Origin: Lama guanicoe
Taxonomy: Eukaryota
Reading direction: 5' to 3'
Length of the DNA stretch: 64,000 nucleotides
NCBI GenBank assembly: GCA_013239625.1
Contig: MU053881.1
Span: forward strand, 12,662,879 to 12,726,878
The notes under the pieces are model-generated. The model had not been told where the DNA came from, ran no database searches, and saw only the letters and a program-made list of their open reading frames with translations. This document shows, in pieces, positions 1 to 13,329 of this stretch. Both the position numbers and the translations under genes were made by a program. Every line of letters starts with the position of its first letter. Positions within the stretch are counted from its first letter, which is position 1.

Positions 1-1064
1 TGGAAAGATACCCATTTTACTTTCTAAAGTCCTATTAAATATGAGAGAAAAGAATAGCTTAAAAAGAAGAGAATGGCAGAGTGTTGTTTTAATTTTGGTT
101 TAGCTGTTACTTTTATTAACTCAGAACTACCCAAAGAGTGGCCCATCTTTGTAATTTCTACATTGGGAATGACAGTGATCTTTGAACACTTGAAACACTT
201 TAAAGATAATTTTTGCCTTACAAATTTCAGCATGCAGACTGTCCAGTTTCAGATTCTAAGCCAGTTCCCCCATAGGTCTTCTAATTGTTTGATGTTGTTT
301 TAGACTGTCATTCTCAAAAACTGTTCAACAGGTTGAGTTTGCATCCCCAGAATCACTGCTCCTTGGGGTCTTCCATGTCACATGAAGGATGTCTTTACCA
401 CCACCACACCCCTCTTTCCTTTGCACATTTTTATTTATCTTACATGTGGATCTATGCCAAAGCCTCTTGTGAGTCTTAGTGGAGTGCCTCTTAGTCTCTG
501 AATTCTCTTTATCTGTCACAAATGCCTATTCTTTGAAAGGACTCCAGGAGGGCAGTTATAATGAGTGATCCTCTCATTTTTCTCATTCTTTCTTTGAGAC
601 CTGCCAGAGAAGCTGCATATTTCACAGAAGGATGGTACTGGCTGAGGGATGCTTTCTTGAAATGGAGAGATTACTGCCTTCAACAGGTTCCCTTGAAGAT
701 GTATTTTTATTTGCATCTTAAATCTTAGAGCTAAGAGAGCACTAGGATGAAATACTGAGGATAGTAACTCTGAAACTTTATCTGCATTGTTTCTATTTGC
801 ATTCCTTATAGTGTGTTACATAGGACTATATCAACAAAAATAAAATATGTACTTCGGGTTATAAATGAGATCTGACTTCATCTGGTGAAAGCTAAACCTC
901 TCCTTTTGATAAGCAATAAATAAAAAATAAATAGATTGGTGACGTCGAGTGTTGGGGAAAGTGTGAGGAAGCAGTTGCAATCATTCCTACACGGTGCAGA
1001 ATAGTGGTGATTGCTGCGACGTTTTGGGAAGATCATCTGGCAGCACTGAGCAGAATTTCCTTTA

Positions 1065-1490
1065 TTAATTCTCTTAATGAAAATCTGTTGAGCACAGATG
1101 ATGGAGGAGCCCCCATTCTAGTTATACTGGGAACATGGCAGTGACAAAATAAAACCCCTAACCTCACTGATCATACTTTTATTTGGAGCAGAATGGAGAC
1201 AGAAAATAAATAAGTCAACAGATGAGGGCTAAAGCTGGACAAACTAAAGCAGGGTGAGGGGGTAAGAAGATCCGCTTCCTTTGAGGAGGTGTGTCATTTA
1301 TTTCATGTGAAGTGGTCATGAAAGTCCCCTCTGAGAAGGTGGCAGTCGAATGGAAACCTGAAGGAAGTGAGAGAAACAGGGACATCTGGAGACCCAAGCA
1401 AGCGAGTTCCTAGTAGGAGGAATAGCAAATGCAAGGGACTCTACTAGGATGCAGGCTTCTTAGTGGATTAAGAGACTAGTACTGAGGCCA
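1065..1490 (-). mobile_element. L2 LINE 3' fragment
   Basis: Degenerate match to the reverse complement of the L2 3' end (..tgttgagcac..attctagttatactgggaacatggcagtgacaaaataaaacccc..); boundaries approximate. Confidence 0.7.
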
Positions 1491-1698
1491 GTGTACATTT
1501 TTAAACATTGATAATATTATTTTATTATTCGAATTCCTAAAATGTTTATGTTTTTAAATCTTTCAGCCTCTTTCTTTACAGTTTTCAACTTTGAAAATAG
1601 TTTTTAGAATGACTTTCCATAAAAATTTTTTTCCATATTTTCTGTAAGTATGGAAAATGTTCCATATTTTCCATATTCCATATTTTCCATAAAAAATA

Positions 1699-2047
1699 CA
1701 GCTGGCCCTCTGTATCTGCAAGTTCTGCATCCACAGGTTCAACCAACTGTGGATTAAAAATATATTTTAAAAAATATTCCAGAAAGTTCCCAAAAAAACC
1801 CTTCAATTTGCAGCATGCTGGCAACTATTTACATACCATTTACATTGTATTTACAACTATTTACATAGAATTTACATTGTAATAGGTATTATAAGTAATC
1901 TAGAGATGGTTTAAAATATATGGGAGGATGCACGTAGGTTACATGCAAACGCCGTGCCGTTTTATGTGAGGGGCTTGTGCATCCTCCAATTTTGGTATCT
2001 GCGGGGGATCCTGGAACCAATCTCCCATGGATACTGAGGGACAACTG
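1699..2047. mobile_element. Non-autonomous TcMar-Tigger element (Tigger3a/MER2-like), complete
   Basis: 349 bp; imperfect TIRs CAGCTGGCCCTCTGTATC ... GATACTGAGGGACAACTG; TA on both sides (1697-1698, 2048-2049). Confidence 0.88.
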
Positions 2048-2184
2048 TAGTTTCTTTTTTTAAACTTGACTGATAAGTGTGTTCACACTTAGGACTTTTT
2101 GAAACTAGACATTGATTATGAAAATAATCATGTAGTGATTGGACATCACTGCAGTGTCTGTCCTAAGATCATCTATGTTTATGT

Positions 2185-2651
2185 TGATAGATTCTTGGCT
2201 ACCTTGACTATATGTTAGTTAGGCTCCCGAACCTTCTCCTGGGCCCACCTGTATACGTCTTTCTAAAACCCAGTTTTAGCAGGAACCCTGGCAAGTCAGT
2301 TTAGCAAGAGTCCCTGATCCTCAACATCTGATCTCCCTCTGCATCTGATCAGGTTCTTCATCCTCTATCATCTCCCACATAACGTCTGATCACCCTGGCC
2401 TGTCTTCAGTAAAAAATGCTGTTAGGTCAGTTTAGCTGAAATTCTCCTTAGCTTTGATGTTCCCCTTAGTAATTTTCCATTTACTACCTCTCCACCCCCC
2501 AGCCCCGCTCCCCCCACTTGGCTATAAATTCGCACTTCCCGTGTATTTGCACTTAAGCCTTGTTTGGGTCACTCTCCCCTTATTGCAATAGTCCTGAGTA
2601 AAATCTGTTGTATCTCTTTAACTACAGCCCAGCTCTGATTTTTATTTGAGA
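2185..2651 (+). mobile_element. Solo ERV1 LTR, MER31-like
   Basis: MER31-type motifs (ccagttttagcaggaaccctg, tctgatcaccctggcctg); TATA-like ctataaa about 2522; 4-bp TSD ATGT at 2181-2184 and 2652-2655. Confidence 0.8.
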
Positions 2652-2862
2652 ATGTTTAGTTTACAGTCGAGCAACTGAATCCCTCTAGATTTTTGTAAGT
2701 TTGTTAATATTAGGAAGATTATTAGCTATCATAAATTTAGAAATCTTTGTGAAAGTAGGTGATTATGTTGATATTCCTTCTTGCATTAGTATGAATAAGC
2801 ATTTCACTATAATAGCATATAACAATGTCTCTTTTTCTTTTTAAGAAAATATTAATCAGGTT

Positions 2863-3007
2863 GGGGAGGGTATAGCTCAGTGGTAGAGTGCCTGCTCAGC
2901 ATGCACGAGGTTCTAGGTTCATTCTCCAGTACCTCCATTAAATAAACTAACAAAGAAACCTAATTACCTCCCCCCATAAAAATAAAAAAAGAAAAGAAAA
3001 ATCTAGT
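2863..3007 (+). mobile_element. Vic-1-type camelid tRNA-derived SINE
   Basis: GGGGAGGGTATAGCTCAGTGGTAGAG head, B-box-like ggttcattctcc, cctaattacctcccc tail motif, A-rich end; flanking repeat TAAGAAAATATTA at 2842-2854 and 3007-3019. Confidence 0.9.
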
Positions 3008-4939
3008 AAGAAAATATTATTCATGAATTATGATGGTTCAGTGTTGCGTGATTTTTTTTCTGTGGCTACCTTAAATGTATATTATTAAATATGCCTGTCA
3101 ATTACAATGTAAAAGATCAAATTTGACTACACTGTGTTAGTGATGAGTGACAAATATGTTGAAAACAGGTTAAATCAGCAAGATTCTAGTTATTAAGACT
3201 TGCAAATACAACACTAGATTTTTTTTTTCCTGGCTTGGTCTAGATACACATGGAGTCCTCCTTTTGGAACATGTCTTATCTATGACTTGCTTTAAGGAAG
3301 AGATGCTCATTAATATTAAAATTTGTATATGAGCAGTTGAATGGTAGACTATTGATGGGTTAAATATATTATATTGTAACTAATTATATTGCCCTTACAA
3401 CCTTTTACAGGTCTGTTGATAACTTCCATTTCTAACAGGAATCATGTTCTTCATATACGGGAGATGCATTCAATGTTAGCATTGTGTGATCTCTGATACA
3501 TAATCATTAGAACACAGTATTTCTTCATATACTGCCTTAAACTGAATTCTGGGACCCTTTTATGTACACTGATCTAATTTCTCCAGTGATATTCATAAGC
3601 TCCTTGAGGGAATTACACCACATGGGAAAATATTATAATACAGTTTTAAAATGAAGTAAGGAGGTGAACATTGTAATTTTGACCCACAATTTTAGAGTAA
3701 AATATGACCATTATCAGAAACATAGCAATCATGTTTTTTTCAATTCTGGTTAATTCAGGTGTCTATTGTTTCTCTGAACTTTGCAGAAAATAGGTTCAAT
3801 AGTCTGTACATGAATTATTCCCTTGTCTGATATATATAAATATGCAATGGAAAATGCTAATTAAAACGAGTCTGGTTATTCCAACAATGCATTATTTAAG
3901 AAAGATCTCTAATATTTAATGTTAATTTTCTCTCTTGTATGTCAACAATCCCCATGACCTTTTGTTATTAAAATTAATAAGTGACTAGTTAAAAGCTCAA
4001 ATAAGCATAGGAGTCAAGATCTAATATCATCATTCATAAAAACACTTTAGTAGTGGTCCCTAAAATGTATCAAATATTTATGGTTTTATAAAACCTGGTG
4101 GTAACATTTTCTGTCTTACCTAAGGGAAGCAATTCTTCAGCTGAATGTTTTTATTATGACAGTGTTTTTATATCTTCTTGTGGTGTACATTAAAGTTAAA
4201 ATAACTTGTGTTCTTAAAGCAATTCCTTTAAAAGAAAATGTAGTGAGCTAGAAGTTCATCCTCATACCCAATGGCCAAGGGCAGCTCTTTAAAGTGATTT
4301 TAATGAATTATCAGTTTCATTCTGGTACACTGCAATGCCTATAAATACCTACACATTCTCTGCAAATACATGCATAAAACTATTCAAACATTGTCTTTTG
4401 TTAGAATGCAAAGCGTTAATGTCTGTCTTTAAAAACTATTTTCAAGTTCTTTTGGAGAAGACCAAGTTTTAATTAAATGAAAGTGTTAGAAGTAATGAAT
4501 AAAAATGGGAAAAGGGGAGAAAAATGCATCAACCTGGCAGACCTTGCTGATTTGGTGTTAAAGGAGTTGTGTTTAAGATCCAATGTTAACAACATTCTTC
4601 AATAGTGTGACACCGTAAAAGAACGTTCTTTACTGACTAGTTTCTTTCTAATTGCTAAACAATGCATTTCTAATTTGCTAAAAGAGCAGCCAGTGAAATG
4701 CAGAAACAATGCTGCTGTTTAATTTTAGAATAACTCAGAGTATTTTCATTAGCACTGACATTCTATAATATACGTCTCTATTTTCAGAGCTGCTACCAAG
4801 ATGTAGAAAACTTAAACATTTTTGAGTGTGCTTCTCACTAGTCTTTAAATCATTCAAGAATCCCATCAAGTTATAAAAAGGATGCTGTTATAATAGAAAT
4901 ACTGACCTACTTGAAAGAGGAAAAATTAAATGATGTCCA

Positions 4940-5200
4940 TTAGTGGGCATCATTTTCTGGCTACCCAGGACCTCTTTTTTCCCTTGTGTAACCATGCTTC
5001 TGATCATATCATCACTTTTTCACTTGCGGTCCACATGCCCCTAAGGTGTTGACGTGTCCAGGGATGGACATGAACCTCAGGTCTGTCCAGACATAACATT
5101 CCCTTGTCCACAGTGATTGGATCAGGGATGGCCCTTGTCCCCATTAGAACCGTAAGAAACTATGTAAGGAAACCACACACGGGAGCTGTAGGAGGACCTT
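4940..5200 (+). mobile_element. Old ERVL/MaLR LTR fragment (LTR16/MLT1-like)
   Basis: ccacagtgattggatcagggatgg motif typical of these LTRs; subfamily uncertain. Confidence 0.55.
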
Positions 5201-5400
5201 CCTTTTCTTCTTCTCCTCTTTGACCTCCTTCTCCTTCTTCCCTAAGAAAATACCTTTGACTAGGCCCAAGGATGACTTATGACAGTAATATTAAAAATAG
5301 GTCATCAAATTGTTAAATTGCACTGTATTATTGAAGTACAACCCGTATGTAAAATACAGCTTTTTCACTGAATACTTAAAATTCTTCAACTCATAGTCAT

Positions 5401-5930
5401 TGTGGTGGTTTTAGAATACACCCCCCAGATCTTTGACACTCCTTTCTACAAAAGGTAGAACCTAATTTTCCTCCTCTTGACTGTGGGCTGTGCTTCCTGC
5501 CTCTCCTCTAAGAAGTCAAATGTGGTGGAAGTGAGGGTGTGCCACTTCCAAGAGTGGTCTCAAAAGATATTGCAACTTCTTCCTTCCTTTCTTGTGAATC
5601 AGTTGCTTTGATGGAAGCTGGCTGCCTTGTTGTGAGGATACTCAAGCAGCCCGATGGTGAGGTCCCTGTGATGAGGAAATGAAGTCTTCTGCCAAGAAAC
5701 AGCACTGACTTGCTAGCTACTTGAATGAACCATCTTGGAAGGAAATCCTCCAGCCCTGTTCAGACCTTCAGAAAACTGAGCCGTGGCCAACATCATGGCT
5801 GCAGCCTCTTGTGACACTCCAAGCCAGGGTCACTGGGCTGAGTAGCTTTTAGATTTCAATCCATAGAAACTAGGAGGTAATACATACGTATTGCTGTTTT
5901 AAACCACTAATTTTAAGGTAATTTGTTAGG
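5401..5930 (+). mobile_element. MaLR LTR, MLT1F-like
   Basis: Starts TGTGGTGG; contains ggaagctggctgccttgttgtgaggatactcaagcagcc and ends ttgctgttttaaaccactaattttaaggtaatttgtta. Confidence 0.8.
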
Positions 5931-6089
5931 CTTGCCCCTTTAATACTTTGAAATAAGCATAATGGAGAAGTTGGGTTAACTAGAGTGTCTACAAAGCTAT
6001 ATTTATGATGTTTTTCTTCCAGTAGTTATAAATTATGCTCTAGAGTTACTTTTAGTAGTGACCTAAAAAACCTTTTATTAAAAAAAATC

Positions 6090-6227
6090 ATTTGTTTTTT
6101 GGGGGGGAGGTAATTAGTTTATTTATTTATTTATTTATTTATTTATTCTAATGGAGGTGCTCGGGATTGAACCCAGGACTCTGTGCATACTAAGCATGCA
6201 CTCTACCACTGAGCTATACCCTCCCCC
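6090..6227 (-). mobile_element. Vic-1-type SINE
   Basis: Reverse complement of the head (ctctaccactgagctataccctccccc), gattgaacccagg, (TTTA)n middle, ggaggtaattag. Confidence 0.9.
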
Positions 6228-6354
6228 ATTTAAAAACTTTCTGATTCTCTGTGCGATAGGTAATTAAAGGCAAGCAAAAGAAGATATTTTAAGGTTAACA
6301 AAAAAAAAAACCTTTGTGGTAGTATTTATTCTTGAAATTTTGATTTTTAAGTCT

Positions 6355-6412
6355 TAGATATTAACCTAGATGTAAACTAGATATTAACCTAGATGTAAAC
6401 TAGATGTTAACC
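6355..6412. repeat. 23-bp tandem repeat, about 2.5 copies
   Basis: TAGATATTAACCTAGATGTAAAC at 6355-6377 and 6378-6400, then TAGATGTTAACC. Confidence 0.9.
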
Positions 6413-6574
6413 AGGGTTTTATTGACCTATAAGATTTTGATAAGACGACTGGAATCTTTACTTCATACATAGCAGTATGGCCACCTCTCCAAGATTTGCA
6501 TAGTTCACAAGGGGCTCACTGTCTCAAAGTCACTCCTGCCTTTCAGATTCTTCATTAACTAATTAGTTAATTAG

Positions 6575-6680
6575 TACATTCATGCCTTCAACCAACACAT
6601 GTTTATTCAAGCACCTACTACATGCTGGGCACTGTTAAAGTCCTTAAGATGAGTGATGAAGAAGTCATTGTTTTCTGATG
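6575..6680 (-). mobile_element. L2 3' end fragment
   Basis: cattcatgccttcaac..tttattcaagcacctactacatgctgggcactgtt. Confidence 0.7.
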
Positions 6681-8439
6681 AATAAGGTCAGTTTTGGGAC
6701 TGTCTGTCCATTCTGCCTCTGTTTCTGTTTCAAACCACATGGACCCAGAAGCAGAATTTAGCCTTTCCCCTCGTTTTTCACCAAACCACTTTTTAAAGGG
6801 ATTTTGTGCCCACGTTTTCCTGAATTTTTGAGTGTGTGGAGAGTTTTGCCGTGAAGAAACACATATAACTTAAAATTCACTGTGAGATGTGCCTGTTTTA
6901 GAAGTCCTAGAGCTATTTCCAGAAGCTGAGCTCCAGGCGCCCTCATTGTGTTTCGTGGTCCTCCCTGTCCCCTCTTCTCTATTCTTTGTTCTCATACCTT
7001 CCCTGCTTTGATTCTCTGTATGTACAACACATAATTAAGGGCAAACAAAAGAGAATACTGTTTCTTTTTAGTGCAGAGAATTTTAATTATTTCTTCTGTT
7101 GTCTTTGCTTTTGCCAATCTATAACCACTTGAACTTTATCTAACTCACTTTCTTATCAATGCATTTTCCTACATCAGATTGGTTTCCTCCAAAAAAAGAA
7201 ATCTGTTGTTATCTGTTCAAGAAATAATTTTCTCACTGCCTCAAATATTTTTTTCCCTGAAGTGTAGGTGCTATGATACAGTGATGAATAATGGTAAAAG
7301 TAGTTCAAAGATTATTCACTGTGCAGCCGTATGTATACTCTGTAAATCTTTGTTTACCAGTGAGTTAGGGACACCTAATGACAATTACATAATCCAAGAA
7401 GGCTATTATTTCCAGAGAAATAAAGACTTTTTTTTTTCAATCTTTCATTTTTAATTCAAACACAAAAATTGGCTCTTTTCAAACTATTTTCTGTTGTTTG
7501 ACACAACAGTTTTATCCAGACCGTAGTTAACCCTAACATTAGAATTATTATTCCATCAAACGGCTAGGCTATAAATCATACATTTATGTTGGAAAAATAT
7601 CAGGGGGATAGTGAGACTGAGAAATGTATGTTTTGGGAAAAGTCGTTTTGAGATCTTCAGTCATTTTTCTTCTTACATTGGATTTGCACCGATTGTTTAC
7701 TTTTTAGAGGGTACAGTTATGGAATCTCTTTGAAAGCTATGAAAACACAATGCCTTAACTTGCAAGTTAGGCAGGTAGTTCATTATACTAATATTGTTAT
7801 CCCTAAACAAACAAACAAAAAATACTATCTACATTATTATGGCACTGCTTGCCACTTCTGGCAATGTTCTGCTATTGAAATTGCCAGAGACAGAATCAGA
7901 GAATACTATAATTTTTTTAAAATCTGAAAATCTTGAAGAAGAGTTGCCTTTGACAAAATACAAGGTCTAGTAATTATTTCTTTCTCTTCCTTTCTTTTCT
8001 TTTCCCATCCTCTTTCCCTGTTTCTTCTCCTTTCTCTTTTCATCTATTATAGGTAGATAAATATGGATTCCAGTTACAATTAACTTTTAAGTTTGATATT
8101 AAGCATGTTATTTATGCTATCCAGGAACTATTTTATTTATCTATCAAACATATGTATATATAGCATTAGCTGCTAAGACTTCCTCTAGTTTTTAAGCTTT
8201 GAGAGTCCATGATACTAAGTATCATTTTGTTTCATGTTAAAGAGTGACGTTGTTTAATGTAAAATTATCACTGAGCATGACTGGTGCAGTCCATGGCTAT
8301 CTCAACAGCACCTGGTAATAAATCTTACTGCTTGTATTACCCTTCAATTCTCCAAACAAAATTTCAAAACCAGTTTAGTGGACATTTCGTGTTTTCTTTG
8401 ATAACCCTCTCCTCAGTCCCTTTCCTGACAATTACCAGT

Positions 8440-8635
8440 GTCTAACTGTGGGTTGGTTATAACAGTTGATTCTGTGGCTGCCATCCCATTCTCATGTCAC
8501 CTTCAGTCCAATCAGAGGGAAATTCAGGGTTTTGCTAAGAATTCTGGAGTAAAGATGATCTCTTTTTCCTGCTATAGGTGGATAAGGAAGCACAGAATCC
8601 CAAGGTATTAGCAGCCATCTTGGGATCACAATATA
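8440..8635 (+). mobile_element. Old ERVL/MaLR LTR fragment
   Basis: ccaatcagagggaaattcaggg..gcagccatcttggg motifs. Confidence 0.45.
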
Positions 8636-9009
8636 AGTCAGTTTTAGGAATATGTAAACATCTTGGCATGCAGAGTGAGAGATGAAACACACACATATAC
8701 ACATACACGTGCACACACAACTTTGTGATACAATGGAGCCTAAATGTTTTATGTATTTCTTTAATTGTAACCACAGCCAATATTTAGCTTTTTAAATATG
8801 CTGGGTAAAGGAAGTTCATGAGATTAATCACAATTAAATCGTGGTCAAAGCAACTATATAATGGAACAAAATTTGGGGAGATCCTTGAATCACCATGAAG
8901 AATCCTCAGCTGGTTAAAGAGAAAGGTGATACAATGGAAAAAGCATGAGCTTTGGAGGAAGGTAAACTTTAAGTTTAAATCCTGACTCATTTACTTTGCA
9001 TACACATTA

Positions 9010-9200
9010 GCTAACATTTATCGACCACTTACTGTGTACCGAGTGCTTTAAGTTCTCATGTAATCCTTTTAATGATTGTGTATGACTGATACTATTTAGA
9101 ATCTTCATTTTACAAGTAAGAAAACTGATAATTAGAGAAGGTAAGGACGTAGTTGTTACGTGGCATAGTTTTCAAACCCAGGTGTGCACTATTCAGATTC
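9010..9200 (-). mobile_element. MIR SINE (a + strand MIR head fragment lies just upstream, about 8920-9000)
   Basis: agctaacatttat..cacttactgtgt; cattttacaagtaagaaaactga core. Confidence 0.75.
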
Positions 9201-9219
9201 TTCATTTTTACTTGAAAAG

Positions 9220-9945
9220 TGGTGGTTCCAAGGTGTATTTTACTTAGACTCTGTATTACGGTTTTTAATTGTTTGAGCTTGCATTTAAAAATTGTAGGAT
9301 TTCATGTAAAAATCCAGACTTGCATCTTCCCCTGAAAAATGTGTCTGTATTCCCAGGGGAACTGGAGAGTTACTATGTCTGCTCCATTTAGCCAAGACAT
9401 GCCTTCTACAGTTTGCCATAGTTTCTATCCTTCTGTATTGTTGCCCTGACTTCAAAGCTGTGACAATAAGCAGTGACCATTTCTTTCACATTGTTGCTGT
9501 TCTTAAAATTGAGAAATATTTATCTGAGCTTTAAAAATGCAGGATTGATCTGGAGGGTAAGGATTTTCAAGGAAAAGGAGATAGTGTACTTTTTCCTTCC
9601 AGACTTATTTGAGATATAATTGAGATATAATATTGTCAAAGTTTAAGATGTACAGTGTGTCGATTTGATAAACTTACATTCTAAAAAATGATTATCACCA
9701 TAGCCTTAGCTTACACCTCCTTCACATCACATAATTACCATTTTATTTTATTTTTTTTTTGTGGTGAGAACATTTGCGATTATAGTCAATACTGTATTAC
9801 ATACTTGCAAGTTGCTGGGAGAGAGTGTTCTCTTAACTGTAGAGGCAGAGAACATTTCTTGTCTAATATGCAAGTGCCACATCTAATTTATTCATTTATT
9901 TTACCAGCTTGGCTCCTGCGAGCATTTGAGTTTGGAAAACTTGCA
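9220..9945. mobile_element. hAT-Charlie element (MER102-like), split by an L1 fragment
   Basis: ggatttcatgtaaaaatccagac internal motif; terminus ttggctcctgcgagcatttgagtttgga. Confidence 0.5.
9590..9785 (-). mobile_element. L1MA-type 3' end fragment
   Basis: gagatataattg..aagtttaagatgtacagtgtg..cacatcacataattacc..gtggtgagaaca. Confidence 0.8.
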
Positions 9946-9979
9946 CTAAACAATACTTTTTTTGTTTTGTTTTGTTTGT

Positions 9980-10115
9980 TCTGTGTAATTTTGGCAGGTT
10001 CTTCTCCAAGCCTTCTTTTTCTCACTTTAAGATAGGAGATTTTATGATTGGATTAAATGAGGTAACCTGTTTAAACATCTTAGCTTAACACCTGGTACCT
10101 GGTAGTTGCTCAGAA
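9980..10115 (+). mobile_element. MIR SINE
   Basis: gattaaatgaggtaacctgtttaaa..acctggtacctggtagttgctca. Confidence 0.65.
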
Positions 10116-11129
10116 AAAGAAGCCTTCACTTCCCTAATCATTCTTTCCATGTATGACTCTGGCATTCATCACGGTAGTAAAGTTGTTAACACACTATGTT
10201 ATTCTTTTTGCATTAATGGCTTTGCTGTCTGTGTCATTTGCAAGCGATTAGCTACTTGGCTTTGCCTTCATGGGCCTGTGGGTAGTGCCCGTTTGAATCT
10301 GAGGGCTGTGAAGGGGAAACTAATTAGAGCCACGTGGGTGAGGTTTCAGGGGCTGAACTTCCCGTCGTAGGAGGGAAATCAAGCAGCGGAGTTCGTTTCC
10401 TCAAACTGCATTGAGGAGAGAAGATTTGTGACAGAAAGAGGCCAAATTACACATCTCGAATAAAATGGGCACTGGCTGTGAGGGAAAGGAGGCACTTTAA
10501 TTGGTGATGGTACTGTCACATTTGCCAGATGCTGTCACCATGGGAGTGATCCCTCCAGAGGAATGTTAGGTCAAATGAGGGAAGAAACACCCATCTTTCT
10601 CAGCGTGCTTTGCCCTTTTGGAGCCGTTCAACATGTCAGGTAAAATAAGTTTCATGATAGGAAAGTCAAGTCTCAATATCTATCTTTCTTTAACGTTGGA
10701 GAAAAATAAACTCTCCTTTTTAGGGTCTCTCTACACAAGGGATTTGTATTTGCACCTAGTCATTCATTATAGAATCATATAATTGCAGCATTAGATAAGG
10801 GATCTAGAAAAAACCACATGGATTAAGAAGCCAAGAAAAGAAAAATTTTATTTATAGCTATCAACATATCCTGGAATTTAGCTTATCATTGAAAGGATTG
10901 AATTATAAAATTTTAAAGCAAGAAAAAATAATAGCTATTTAATTTAACCCTTTTACTGTACAGTGATGTCTCTGAATTCTGGCTGGTTAACTAGAAACTG
11001 GAAATCAAGGTCTTTTAACTTTCAAAGTAGTGGCCTTTTCACTGTATTATGCCCTTCTATTGTAGTTCTTTTTTGAGCTGATGCTTGAAGATCAGACACT
11101 ATTAACATTTTAAAAAATATAGTGAGAAT

Positions 11130-11625
11130 GGATGCCTATCTGTGGTCTTCCCAGACCCCTTAACTTACAGAGGATTCCTTCCTTTAGGGGGTTAGGTCAT
11201 TGCTCTCTCTATGTACGTAGATCAGAGGGTATTGCTGTTGTACAGTATGACCCTCACACTGACGCTTGCTCTGTAAACACAACTGACTTGTTGAGTGGTG
11301 GGTATATAAACCAAAACAATCAAGTCAGTCCTCTCCACGAACATTTGGAATTGGGACTGAAAACATAAGATGAGCCTCTTTATGATTGGCTGAATATGTA
11401 ACAGATAAACTCAGTAACCTATGGCTGCCATATAAACTCAAAAACAGAGAAAACTAGTTGCAATGAAGAAGACATATTAATTGCAGAGGAAAACAGCAGT
11501 GAGAAAGGGACAAGGAGGATTCCCGGGCTCCCTACTTCCAGTCTTGTGTCTGTGAGATATACCACTATCATCTTCTAATGGAGTCCTTCTTTTGTTGAAA
11601 GTAGTTCAGGAGGGTTCTTTTTAAA
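11130..11625 (+). mobile_element. Old ERVL LTR (LTR16/LTR33-like)
   Basis: Degenerate LTR-type motifs (atttggaattgggactgaaa, ggctgccat, 3' end cttttgttgaaagtagttcaggagggttc). Confidence 0.45.
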
Positions 11626-11744
11626 GTCTTTCTTTCACTCTTCTGTAATGAGTACAAAATGTTTCATTTGATATTTCGTATCTTTATATTTGGGGTTTTC
11701 TGGATGGCAAGTTGCATGTTTCTTCTCATCAGTGGACCGTATAT

Positions 11745-11950
11745 AACGTTACATACCATTTACAGAGCACTTTCTGTGTGCCAGGCACCATGGTGGGCAT
11801 GTTACAAACATTATCCCTAAGACTTAGTCTGCAAATAAGGAAATAAATATTGACATTTTAGAAGGGCCCCTCAGAATGATTAAGTAACTTGTCCAAGATT
11901 CCTCACCTCATAAATGACAGAGCAAATTTTATACCAACTTCTGCATTGAT
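11745..11950 (-). mobile_element. MIR SINE
   Basis: catttacagagcactttctgtgtgccaggcacc..ttaagtaacttgtccaag. Confidence 0.75.
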
Positions 11951-11954
11951 TCCT

Positions 11955-12215
11955 TGAACAGCATTTCATTAAATGCCTACTGTCTTCCAAGTATTCCAAA
12001 GGCGGTGGGGAAGGGTATAACGATTACAACATGACATGGGGTAAGAAATGGGAGATTGGGGACTGTTTTATGTTACGGTGATCAGAGAAGTACCCTTTGA
12101 GTAAAGGACTAACTGGAGGGAAGATTAAGCTACGAAAAGACCCACCTGAGATACTTTCCAAGTAGAGGCAACGGCAGAGCAAAGAAGGTTTGCTGACAGA
12201 TAAACTAATCAATGG
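11955..12215 (-). mobile_element. L2 fragment
   Basis: aacagcatttcattaaatgcctactgt..; ccaagtagaggcaacggcagagcaaag. Confidence 0.5.
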
Positions 12216-12229
12216 AATATTGGAAATCT

Positions 12230-12632
12230 TAGGAATATATCCACATATCCAATTATTTCATATATACCTATGAAAACATTATATTACAGAAGTGTACAGA
12301 TAACTGGAAAAGCAGCAATAAAAAAGTTCTTGGACACACATTTGTTTACATAGAAAGATATGAAATTGAACCCCACTTCACCTCCACAGACCCACACACA
12401 AGTATCAGTTTCTGGTGACATTAAATAAAAAAGATGTAATTCTATATTTTCAGAGAAAAATAGTCTTTATTATGTTATTAAACATGGCATAACACCTCAA
12501 ATTATATAGGAGAAAATTAATAACTACATTAAAGGTAAGACCTTGTGTTTATCAAAAGACTTTAAATCATGAAAATGCAAACTAAAACTCTGATATGTTT
12601 GTAACACTTATGACTGTCATAGGATTAATAGC
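12230..12632 (+). mobile_element. Old L1 (L1M/L1ME) ORF2 3' fragment, left flank of Tigger2
   Basis: tgaaattgaaccccacttcac; aactacattaaaggtaagaccttgtgtttatcaaaagac. Confidence 0.6.
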
Positions 12633-13329
12633 CAGGTTGTCTTGCACGTGATGTTCTCATGATGAGTTCTTAGATGATGATGATGACCCTAAAACATCTC
12701 AAACATTTCTTGCCATACAGTTATTAGATTTTCACACTAAGACACATATATCCACAACAGATAAGTTTATTAACTGCATACCATAATGATTATTTACTAT
12801 ATTAAATGGAAATGGGTCATTATAAAGATCTTCATCCTTGTCATTCTCACATTGAGTAGGCTAAGGAGCAGGAGGAAGGGTTATTCTTGCTGACTCAGGG
12901 GTGGCAGAGGCTGAAGAGGTGGGAAGGTGGAAGAGGAGGCAAGAGAGGCAGGCACACTTGGTGAAATGTATGGAAATACATGGTAATTTCTGGCTGACTT
13001 TTTAATTTCTCTAAAAATGTTTTTATATGGTCCTGATCCTTCTTCCACCCTTCTACCATTTGCTTTAGTTTCACTGCCAGTATCATGTAAGGGTCCATGT
13101 CATAGAAGAAGTCATAAGCAATCTTGAATAATTAGAACCCTTCTGCCACATTGTGTAATGTCAATCTGTTTTTTGGCACTGCTTCTTCTTTATCTTCTTC
13201 CTCATCATTTGGTACCGGTTTGGAAGAGCTCATCTCCATCAAGTTGTCTTCCATTAATTCCCCTGGTGTGGTGTCTTTTAGATCTTGAATTTCTCCAAGA
13301 TCCTTATCTTGAAACCCTTCACCTCCACC

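Noticed and set aside
1..930. Cluster of short ORFs suggesting a decayed coding exon or retrocopy (minus-strand VTDKENSETKRHSTKTHKR..; A-rich tail-like run at about 915-933)
   Set aside because: Stops are frequent in every frame and I recognise no protein; a BLASTX search would be needed to revive it.
2863..2937. tRNA-Ala-like gene (also at 6155-6227, 16000-16075, 61490-61562)
   Set aside because: These are SINE heads with a shared non-tRNA tail, A-rich end and TSD-like flanks, not tRNA genes.
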